From an uncultured virus (IMG/VR IMGVR_UViG_3300034104_005052) (lineage: Duplodnaviria > Heunggongvirae > Uroviricota > Caudoviricetes), in the IMG/VR virus record IMGVR_UViG_3300034104_005052, positions 1-64,000 of that record: 64,000 nucleotides of DNA. One strand, given 5' to 3'. The number at the start of each line of letters is the position of its first letter. Position 1 is the first letter of the stretch. Below the pieces are notes generated by a model, which was not told the DNA's origin, did not search any database, and was given only the letters and a program-made list of their open reading frames with translations. The translations under genes were made by a program, and so were the position numbers. Shown here piece by piece: positions 56,125 through 64,000 of the stretch.

Positions 56125-59100
56125 TGTCCTGCACATGTACCGGCAACTGCGACCTAATTAATATTTCAAATTTAGTCCTATCGGACACATTTCATACATG
56201 GTACGATAGAACAAATGAGATAATTGATGCTATAAATCCACTACAAATCTATGATGTTAATGTTGGGCAAACTGATGGTGGTTTGACTTTAAATTCAACT
56301 TGCGTGAATGGTGACACAAACGGTGTCATTACTTTGAAAGTATGGCCTGGACCCGGAATTGGTGTCGGTACAACATTAACTCCAAATTACTATCTAAACC
56401 ACACGATGATAGATGTGTCAAACATGTTGACACTCGGCGTGACGGGTTTCTCAGATGCGATTGTAGCAAATAGATCACTAACATCATTCCCGAACATAAA
56501 CGACTGGTTTATAGTCAGTGATACTCTTGATAATAGACTTGGTTCGGGTGCAGGAACTCCTAAGAGAATTAGCGCACAGCACATTCTGCCCCCAACTGTC
56601 TATTTGCCTCCTGGATTTCAATTCAATGGTAATGTCAGTATAAATGGAAATTTGAGTGTTCAAGGTACTGCATCAAATGTCGATTCAAATGATCTTCGTA
56701 TAGAAGATAAAGTAATTGAACTTGCATACCATAGAATCGTTGCTATCGATGTCACTGGTCCAACATATGGGGGATTCCCCGCACAAGGTGCTACCTTCTA
56801 TTATTATGATCCTGGAGTGACTAATCCAACTGATTACACCACTAGTGGTCAAGTTAGTGAAGTAAATTTCTATCCATCGTTTACAACACTAAAATTACAT
56901 AACTTTGTTTTTGGTGGAGTAAATGATATTGTATCGGGAGGCAGTATCAGCATCACGGGAACTGTTCTTGATTTCTCAATGATTGCTGGACCAACTACTA
57001 CTGAAAATTTCTATGGTGATATTGAGTTGGATGAAGCGGGGATAAGAGTTCGTGGTTCGGATAGTGATAAACACTTCATATGGGTTTATGAGCAAGGACC
57101 ATATCAAGAAGTAGTGAATACATTCATGGCAGACACCAATCTTGGTGTCAGCGGCACAGATTTACACATTTATTCTTCAAGATTTAAGGCATTTGGTTAC
57201 TACGACCCAGATGTTGCGGCTTACAAAGATGATTATAATGATAAGTTCCATTTCATCGGCCATGAAGGAGCAAATACTTCAATAAGACTCGGTGGATTGG
57301 GTACAGGAGGATCTTTAGATGCTCCGTATGGATATTGGGGTATTACAAGATATAACTACGGTTCTACGGGTTCACAGCAGCCTCTTGTATTCTCTTTCAA
57401 ACAGAGTTTAAATCACGGGGAACAAGACAAATTCACGATTTGGTCGGGAGCATCGGGTCCACAATATCCTTACATCACAGGACCAACGGGACAAAGTGAT
57501 AATGCAATAGACCATTTTGCACAAAGACTGAATGTCGATTTCTTAGATGGTGCACACGGCACTACGATGCCAACGCCATTCAGCATTCCTGTTGCAAGAG
57601 CAAGTGGAACGATTGATCCAGGCTGGATTGACTTCGATAATTCATCAATCGGTAAGTGTTACTCTGTAACTGCTCATAGTTTTGTAATTGGTGATGTTGT
57701 AAGACTTGATCCGGATAATTTAACAATAACTGGTGCGATTGCAACGAGTCCTGAAAATGCAGAAGTATTGGGTATCGTTAGTAGAGTTGTGAATGCTAAT
57801 AATTTCTGTGTTACGACTAAAGGATACATATCAGGTCTTACTGGTACTGCATCTTCAAGAATCGCATCGATTCTTCCATTGGCACCCGGAAATGCATACT
57901 TTTTGAGTGCAGACAATGTTCGTGGAATGATTGCTGATCCTGATGGTGGGGCAAGTCAACTCCAACTTGGTGAAATTCGTAAGCCACTTATAGTTGCACT
58001 CGGTCCAGATAGTGCCTATGTTCACAATTATCTTGGTGCTGTATTTGGTGGAATTCCAAGTGGAGGCGGTGCAGGCGCAACAGGAACGCTGAGTGATGTT
58101 GTTGATATTCAAGGTCTGATGCCGGTAGGGATCATACAGCCTTTTAGTGGAGAAATTGAATATATTCCATCAGGGTGGTTGCTATGTGATGGTAGAAGAC
58201 TCGAAAAATCATTGTGGACAGAACTGCATACCGCTATTGGGCAGAAGTTCTATGCTGATGGGACATTGAATAGTTCTTATAACCCTAATGTTGGGGGTAA
58301 TGTTCCGATAGATATTGCAGGATGGAATCGTGGACTTTTAGTGAATGATGCAGTTACTGTCGAGGCAACTGTAGGTGGAGTCCTGAGAGAATCGGACACA
58401 TTTGTTACATCTGTAAATGGAACAACTGTAAGTTTTGACGAAAACACATTTGCATATGAAACTTTCAATGGAGCAACTTCGTTTAGAATTAGAGGTAGAC
58501 TAAAGACTCCATCTGAAAGTTATACAAGCGTTTTCTTTATTCCCGACTTACGCCGTAGAATTCTTGTTGGTGCAACTAAAGGTCTGACAGGTTCCCTTAC
58601 ACCGAGTATTTCTGTCGGTGATATTGGTGGAACGAATCAAGTTACTCTGTCTGCTGCAAATATTCCACCGCATGAGCATAGACTAACATCTGCATCTATC
58701 AATACTGGTTTAGACGCTGAAATCGGAGTTGGTTTTGGTCAACCAACTTCGGACAGTACTGTTGATACTTACTTTACTGCCCGTGGCCCTCTAGGGGTAA
58801 GTACAGCACAGCCATTCGATAACATGCAAGAGTATGTTACTGTTCATTGGATTATTCGTGCACAGAAGGGTCTTAGTGCAATTATCCTTACAGGACATAA
58901 TCATGATGATCGTTATGTTCGCTACGATAGTTCACAGACAGTCACATCCTCACAAAGAAATACATTTAGATCAAATGCACATGTTTTGAGTGATGGATCT
59001 GACGGTGGGGCAACATTCGCAAATAGACTCACCATAACAGGTGGTGCCGTCATAGGTGACAATGGTTCTTCACTATTGATTGTTCGATCAGGAGCCTCAT

Positions 59101-60224
59101 TTGGCGGCGGTGCGACATTTAATGATGTCAGTATAGTGAAATATCCGTTCTCATCGGGTGGGTTGACTCACAAGGGAGTCATCAGTTCTGACAATATCAG
59201 TAACTATACAAGATGGTCTATTCGTGGAAATCCATATTCTGAAGCATCAAATGGATATGGTGATCTTCTAGTTGAAAGTGGTTGGTCTGGTTCTTCTTGG
59301 AACACACTTTCAACTGTTATTGCACCTATGAGTCAGGCTGCGATTAAAGTTCGTGGCGGAACCATTGGTACTTCTTCCATTGCAATTTTCAATGACAACG
59401 CTCTTGGTGCAACTAATGATGCTTGCTCTCTTTTAATGTATGGGAAGGGAACTGCATCTGACGATGTAAATGAGGTAAAGTTCTCCTCTGGAATTAGAGG
59501 CAGAATTGATCGTGCAGAAACTTCAAGTACGATTACTAGGAAATTTAGTATTGTTCTTGGTGGTGGATCTTCGCCAAATGCCGCAGAAGATGTTTTCACT
59601 TTCACAAGAAAGGATAGTACACCTGCAACTGTTGACATTAACATTCCTAAGGGACTTGCTACTATAACTAGCCCGTCATCTTATGTTGTTCTTGATTCAA
59701 ATAACAATTTGAAGAAAGTTACCACAGTAGTAAGTGCACCAAATATACCAGGAGCCTCTAATACGCTGACAGGTGCTGCATCATTTGACAGTAGACATTT
59801 CCAAATCGGTTCTACGGGACATGTGGTCAGTAAGATTACGGTTAATGGGCAAATTCCTGATAGTGATGGAAATATTACTATTGATATACCAACACCAACA
59901 ACATCATTTGGTGTTAAGGCACACGGTTCATATCAATTAAATGGGAGTACTATTAGTACGATAGTATCGGGGAATCTTTCATTCAGTATACCTACTGGTG
60001 GTCAAATTGGAAGAGTGCGATGTACATTCACCACGCCTATGACTAATACTAATTACACTGTAGTTGTAACTCCTCTCCGTCCGGCTAATTGGGGATCTTC
60101 ACAAATTGTTAATTCAGCCATGGGAGTTTGGCAAGGATCTAAGACAATAACTCATTTTGATTTGATTGCAGATTCAACTTTTAGTCCAGGACCAAATTCA
60201 TCCGAAGTGGTGGTTATAGGATAA
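56124..60224 (+). CDS. Baseplate-attached tail fibre with phage tail-collar domain
   Basis: N-terminal 'SDTFHTW..RTNEII', 'IEDKVIEL', collar 'PVG.I.PF.G....PSGWLLCDG...PDLR', 'PPHEH'. Confidence 0.8.
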   Translation: MSCTCTGNCDLINISNLVLSDTFHTWYDRTNEIIDAINPLQIYDVNVGQTDGGLTLNSTCVNGDTNGVITLKVWPGPGIGVGTTLTPNYYLNHTMIDVSNMLTLGVTGFSDAIVANRSLTSFPNINDWFIVSDTLDNRLGSGAGTPKRISAQHILPPTVYLPPGFQFNGNVSINGNLSVQGTASNVDSNDLRIEDKVIELAYHRIVAIDVTGPTYGGFPAQGATFYYYDPGVTNPTDYTTSGQVSEVNFYPSFTTLKLHNFVFGGVNDIVSGGSISITGTVLDFSMIAGPTTTENFYGDIELDEAGIRVRGSDSDKHFIWVYEQGPYQEVVNTFMADTNLGVSGTDLHIYSSRFKAFGYYDPDVAAYKDDYNDKFHFIGHEGANTSIRLGGLGTGGSLDAPYGYWGITRYNYGSTGSQQPLVFSFKQSLNHGEQDKFTIWSGASGPQYPYITGPTGQSDNAIDHFAQRLNVDFLDGAHGTTMPTPFSIPVARASGTIDPGWIDFDNSSIGKCYSVTAHSFVIGDVVRLDPDNLTITGAIATSPENAEVLGIVSRVVNANNFCVTTKGYISGLTGTASSRIASILPLAPGNAYFLSADNVRGMIADPDGGASQLQLGEIRKPLIVALGPDSAYVHNYLGAVFGGIPSGGGAGATGTLSDVVDIQGLMPVGIIQPFSGEIEYIPSGWLLCDGRRLEKSLWTELHTAIGQKFYADGTLNSSYNPNVGGNVPIDIAGWNRGLLVNDAVTVEATVGGVLRESDTFVTSVNGTTVSFDENTFAYETFNGATSFRIRGRLKTPSESYTSVFFIPDLRRRILVGATKGLTGSLTPSISVGDIGGTNQVTLSAANIPPHEHRLTSASINTGLDAEIGVGFGQPTSDSTVDTYFTARGPLGVSTAQPFDNMQEYVTVHWIIRAQKGLSAIILTGHNHDDRYVRYDSSQTVTSSQRNTFRSNAHVLSDGSDGGATFANRLTITGGAVIGDNGSSLLIVRSGASFGGGATFNDVSIVKYPFSSGGLTHKGVISSDNISNYTRWSIRGNPYSEASNGYGDLLVESGWSGSSWNTLSTVIAPMSQAAIKVRGGTIGTSSIAIFNDNALGATNDACSLLMYGKGTASDDVNEVKFSSGIRGRIDRAETSSTITRKFSIVLGGGSSPNAAEDVFTFTRKDSTPATVDINIPKGLATITSPSSYVVLDSNNNLKKVTTVVSAPNIPGASNTLTGAASFDSRHFQIGSTGHVVSKITVNGQIPDSDGNITIDIPTPTTSFGVKAHGSYQLNGSTISTIVSGNLSFSIPTGGQIGRVRCTFTTPMTNTNYTVVVTPLRPANWGSSQIVNSAMGVWQGSKTITHFDLIADSTFSPGPNSSEVVVIG

Positions 60225-60227
60225 GTT

Positions 60228-60569
60228 ATGGCAATATCGATCAACAGAGACATGGATCAAGGATCAGACTTTTCTTTCTCTTATATTGTAAGAGGAAGTG
60301 ACGGGTCTCCCACGGACATTTCAATAGGTTATACAGCATATTCACAGATGCGTAGATTTTACTCGTCAACAACGGGAGTCAATTTAACCACATCAATAAC
60401 AGGATCTACGGGCAATATTATAGTTTCTATGTCAGCAACAAATACTGCAAACATAAAGGCAGGAGTTTGGTTTTATGATGTGGAATTACATTCGAATGGC
60501 AGTGAAAATGTCCAAAGAGTAGTTCAAGGAATGATAACTGTTTATCCAGAAATTACGAAAATTTCTTGA
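60228..60569 (+). CDS. Small virion structural protein
   Basis: 'DQGSDFS', 'YTAYSQMRR.YSS', 'YDVE', 'RVVQG.ITV.PEIT' pattern common in T4-like structural clusters. Confidence 0.65.
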   Translation: MAISINRDMDQGSDFSFSYIVRGSDGSPTDISIGYTAYSQMRRFYSSTTGVNLTTSITGSTGNIIVSMSATNTANIKAGVWFYDVELHSNGSENVQRVVQGMITVYPEITKIS

Positions 60570-60637
60570 ACATCTTATATCATCTCATAATCGATTGCTA
60601 AATAGTTCAGACTCAACAGTTCATAATGGAGATTAAA

Positions 60638-61834
60638 ATGGCTGAAACAGCGATTCTTGAGCCTACGATTCAAAACACGCAAACTAAGACGAATAAGAGC
60701 GGAATTCCTACGGTCAACCTTTGCATGATTGTAAAGGACGAGGCACATGTCATCGAAAGATGTCTTGCTTCCGTTCTTCCTGTGATCGATTATTGGGTTA
60801 TTGTTGATACAGGTTCAACTGACGGAACGCAGCAAAGAATTAAGGATTTCTTTGATCGAAATGGCATCCCCGGTGAACTACACCAAAGCACTTGGACAGA
60901 TTTCGGAACGAATAGAAGCGAGGCTCTAGAGTACGCCCAAAAGACAGGGCACGACTATAGCCTCATGATTGATGCAGACGAGATTCTTGTTTTCGATCCT
61001 GGCTTTGATCCACAGACTTTCAAGAAGGGTCTAACTGCTGATCTCTACAATGTGTTTGCAATGTTTGGACAGACTAAGTACCATCGTCCACAATTGACAA
61101 GCAATCACAAGAAATTCTACTACCGTGGAATTCTTCATGAGTATGTTGATTGCCATGATCAGATCTCAACTAGAGATTTTGCCCGTGGATTTATCAATAC
61201 TCCAATTCAAGATGGTAATAGATCTAAATCTGCTGATAAGTATGAGAAAGATGCAAGAGTATTTGAGGCAGCACTTGAATCAGGTAAGGTCGATGAGAAG
61301 GATCTAAACCGATATCATTTCTATCTTGCTCAGTCATACCGTGATTCGCAGCAGTGGGAAAAGTCACTTTCTGCATACTTGAAGAGAGCAGAACTTGGTG
61401 GTTGGAATGAAGAAGTTTTCTACTCGTACTATCAGGCGGGTAGAATCATGGAAATTCTCAACAAGTCATTCGATGAAATCGTCAAGACATATTTCCAAGC
61501 CTACCAGGCTGCCCCTTGGAGAGCAGAGAGCCTATGGGCTGCTGCTAGACTCTGTCGGACATACTGCCGCTGGGATCAGGCTTATCGCTTCGCCAAGCAG
61601 GCATTAAAGATTCGATATCCTGAAGGTGCTTTGTTTGTTGGTCAAGGTATCTACGAGTGGGCAATCCTTGATGAATTTGCTATTTCATCATATTGGACTG
61701 AGCATTATCGTGAATCTCGTCTAGCATCAATGCAACTTTTAAATGATGGTAAGTTCCCGCAAGACCAGAAAGAAAGAATTGAAGCAAACCTCAAGTTCGC
61801 CACGGAGGCTCTGTTAACAGAGCCAAATGGGTGA
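60638..61834 (+). CDS. Glycosyltransferase family 2 with C-terminal TPR-like helices
   Basis: 'LCMIVKDE...IERCL.SV', 'VDTGSTDGT', 'DF..NR..AL', DxD motif 'IDADE', 'G.LHE', then helical repeats 'FYLAQSYRD'. CTAAATA at 60598; SD GGAG before the ATG at 60638. Confidence 0.88.
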   Translation: MAETAILEPTIQNTQTKTNKSGIPTVNLCMIVKDEAHVIERCLASVLPVIDYWVIVDTGSTDGTQQRIKDFFDRNGIPGELHQSTWTDFGTNRSEALEYAQKTGHDYSLMIDADEILVFDPGFDPQTFKKGLTADLYNVFAMFGQTKYHRPQLTSNHKKFYYRGILHEYVDCHDQISTRDFARGFINTPIQDGNRSKSADKYEKDARVFEAALESGKVDEKDLNRYHFYLAQSYRDSQQWEKSLSAYLKRAELGGWNEEVFYSYYQAGRIMEILNKSFDEIVKTYFQAYQAAPWRAESLWAAARLCRTYCRWDQAYRFAKQALKIRYPEGALFVGQGIYEWAILDEFAISSYWTEHYRESRLASMQLLNDGKFPQDQKERIEANLKFATEALLTEPNG

Positions 61835-61892
61835 TACTTGGTGGACTGAGTAGTTTGCTGTCTAAATAGTCAAGTTACATAAGGACTAACGG

Positions 61893-64000
61893 ATGGCATT
61901 TAGCGCACTACCAATTCAAGGGGGCGGATCCAGTGACGGACGCTCCATCAGAAACACTATCACGCAAGTCGGCCACTCCTTTCAGCCAGGAATGGTTGTC
62001 AGGCGTGATAGTGCTACTGGTTTATATGTTGTTGCCAGAGCAAATACTATAGCAAACTCAAACTCATGCGGTATAGTTGAGTCTGTTACTGCAAACACAT
62101 TTGTTCTTGTTTACCAGGGAGAAATGGATTTTGGTTCTGCTACAATATCAATTGATGACGGTTCGACTAGTTTAACAAATGGTTTTGTGTACTATCTTTC
62201 ACCTGGTAGTGGTACACAGGGCTATCTGACACCTACTGCACCTACTGATCAGTCAGCAATTTATCATCCTCTTTTTGTAGCAACTGCAAATAAAAACGGA
62301 TTAGTAATTAATGCATTACCTAGACCAGGTGGTGGCGGTGGAGAAGGATCTTCTCTTTTCACACCTGTCGGCTCTATAATTTCTTGGGGCGGCAAGGCAA
62401 ATGAAGTTCCTCAAAATTGGATGTTGTGTGCTGGTGATGCACTAGGCAAGAGCGAATATTCTACGCTTTATAGCAAGATAGGCGATTCATATAAGATAAT
62501 TGGTTTGGAAAATGCAATTTCAACTGGAGTAACGGCTAATGATAGACTCAGTTTGAAGTTCATTGAGGAACTTGAAGATAAACCAGCAGCGGGTCCGGGA
62601 AGCAGTAATATACACAATATTGTTGTCGGATCAAAATATAAACTGAGTTGGAATGCAGATGACAGCATTGTTGTTGCAGATGTTGTTGCCATTGATGACC
62701 CCAATAAAACTGTTACATTTAGATATATCAATGACCATCCAGATACTACAACCGCTCACACATCAACTCGTTTTGGTGATTTGAGCGGTGGAGTCGTATC
62801 AACAATTACAGTTCAATCTCTAGCACATGGAGAAGTGACTGGAATTACTAGTGACTATTTCTTCGTTCCTGATCTTCGTGCTAGAACCATATTCGGAGTA
62901 GGATCAAGTGTTGGATTGACTTCAACGGGATTTAGTCGTGGTGACATTGCAGGATCTCAAACGCATCTTCTTACAGAAGATGAAATGCCGAGTCACTCAC
63001 ACGACAGTAAAGTCACCTCTACTACCACATCAGCAGGATCATACTATTTAAATGTTGCCGCAGGACAACCCACACAAGCCGCTACATTCCAATCAACTTT
63101 AGCATCTTCAGAAGTAACAGGTAGTGATGATGCGTTTAGCATCTTGCCACCTTATGTTTCTTGTAATTGGATTATTCGTTGGAAAAATCCTGGCGGGATT
63201 TTGATAGATGAATGTCTTCCTGGTCCAACCGGTCCAATGGGAAATACAGGTAATACTGGCCCAACAGGACCGCCCGGCCCTCCAGGACCGGGTGGCGGCG
63301 GTGGACCTCCTGGTCCTCCTGGTGAAAATGGCAGCAATGGTCCTCCTGGTCCTCCAGGTGAGGCATGTCCCTGCGAAGCAACAGAAGGGGCTTTCCTTGA
63401 GACATCAGTTTTCGTTGGAGAAAACACGATTTATGATGGCAGCAGAATTCCTCCTGTAACATCTACTACACTATCTCGTCTCTCGGGATCCGTTAATCAT
63501 CCTACTAATTGGAATTATTTTACAGATAGACTAACGAACAACAACACACCCTTCTCTCAATTCTTCAATGGGGTTCAGCATTTCAATGAAATCAATCCGC
63601 AAGAACCTGCTGACCTAACACAACTTGAAAGTTCATATAGATCTGTTTTCGCTATGCCAACTCGGTATCAGGAAAGAGATATAAGTAGCACAACCAATTT
63701 AATACTGGTTGAGGAAAGAAAAGACGAAAACTCAAAGCAAATGAATTTCGTCTTCTTGCCCGGTGTCTATGAGATGGACAAACCCTTCTCAGTATTCGGG
63801 ACGAGAAAAATAGCAATTGGCGGTGGGCCTGGATCCGTTGTTGAAATCCCGATAAGTCAAGTTGGAATTGATTATGCTTATTCTGCCACAGGTGCTACGG
63901 AAAACAATCGTTTCTACTTGAAGTGTCTTGCTAGTACAACCGGACACGCAAACCCATTAGTTGCAACGGGAAATTATGCACTCATTGAAGGTAGACACTT
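61893..64000 (+). CDS. Tail-collar / collagen-repeat fibre protein (3'-truncated, not in ORF track)
   Basis: CTAAATA at 61862 and [25 protein letters not shown]...; collar '[10 protein letters not shown]...PQNWMLC...PDLR', 'MPSHSH'; Gly-X-Y run at about 63220-63360; no stop found before the window end. Confidence 0.85.
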   Translation, partial: MAFSALPIQGGGSSDGRSIRNTITQVGHSFQPGMVVRRDSATGLYVVARANTIANSNSCGIVESVTANTFVLVYQGEMDFGSATISIDDGSTSLTNGFVYYLSPGSGTQGYLTPTAPTDQSAIYHPLFVATANKNGLVINALPRPGGGGGEGSSLFTPVGSIISWGGKANEVPQNWMLCAGDALGKSEYSTLYSKIGDSYKIIGLENAISTGVTANDRLSLKFIEELEDKPAAGPGSSNIHNIVVGSKYKLSWNADDSIVVADVVAIDDPNKTVTFRYINDHPDTTTAHTSTRFGDLSGGVVSTITVQSLAHGEVTGITSDYFFVPDLRARTIFGVGSSVGLTSTGFSRGDIAGSQTHLLTEDEMPSHSHDSKVTSTTTSAGSYYLNVAAGQPTQAATFQSTLASSEVTGSDDAFSILPPYVSCNWIIRWKNPGGILIDECLPGPTGPMGNTGNTGPTGPPGPPGPGGGGGPPGPPGENGSNGPPGPPGEACPCEATEGAFLETSVFVGENTIYDGSRIPPVTSTTLSRLSGSVNHPTNWNYFTDRLTNNNTPFSQFFNGVQHFNEINPQEPADLTQLESSYRSVFAMPTRYQERDISSTTNLILVEERKDENSKQMNFVFLPGVYEMDKPFSVFGTRKIAIGGGPGSVVEIPISQVGIDYAYSATGATENNRFYLKCLASTTGHANPLVATGNYALIEGRH

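Noticed and set aside
63152..63462. Collagen-like ORF on the minus strand and overlapping short ORFs
   Set aside because: They are shadows of the Gly-Pro-rich codons of the plus-strand fibre that starts at 61893.
1..64000. Stop-codon reassignment or tRNA genes
   Set aside because: Core genes are full length in the standard code and end in TAA, TGA or TAG. The intergenic gaps are short and no cloverleaf was recognised by eye; tRNAscan was not run.

Overview
This window is a gene-dense, AT-rich segment of a large T4-like myovirus genome in the standard genetic code. The host is not determinable; there is only a weak hint toward Planctomycetota. In order it holds: a giant repeat-built tail fibre (open at the left edge) with a second fibre, a Gly-rich adhesin-like protein and a SAM-dependent methyltransferase; a class II (B12) ribonucleotide reductase; a late-expressed accessory block (CxxC membrane protein, HExxH protein, Cys-rich protein, possible degenerate trypsin-like protein); the recombination, repair and late-transcription core (gp46, gp47, gp55, UvsW, UvsY, RuvC-like resolvase, RNase H, exonuclease, gp33, gp32); the tail and baseplate module (gp29-like tape measure, gp51, gp26, gp54, gp2, gp4, gp48, gp53, gp27, gp5, PAAR, gp25, gp6, gp7, gp8, DUF4815-like); and tail-collar fibres flanking a GT2+TPR-like glycosyltransferase. 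Four observations stand out. (1) A G-x-[T/S]-[G/A] motif pervades exposed virion proteins and a late glycosyltransferase sits among them, suggesting a virion-glycosylation system. (2) A T_TTT_TTC slippery site would fuse gp26 to gp51 by a -1 frameshift just upstream of the tape measure gene, like lambda G/GT. (3) gp4 apparently must start at a non-canonical ATC codon. (4) Virion-associated proteins are unusually Cys-rich and a late CxxC membrane protein is present. All family assignments come from motif recognition and synteny by eye; no database searches were run.
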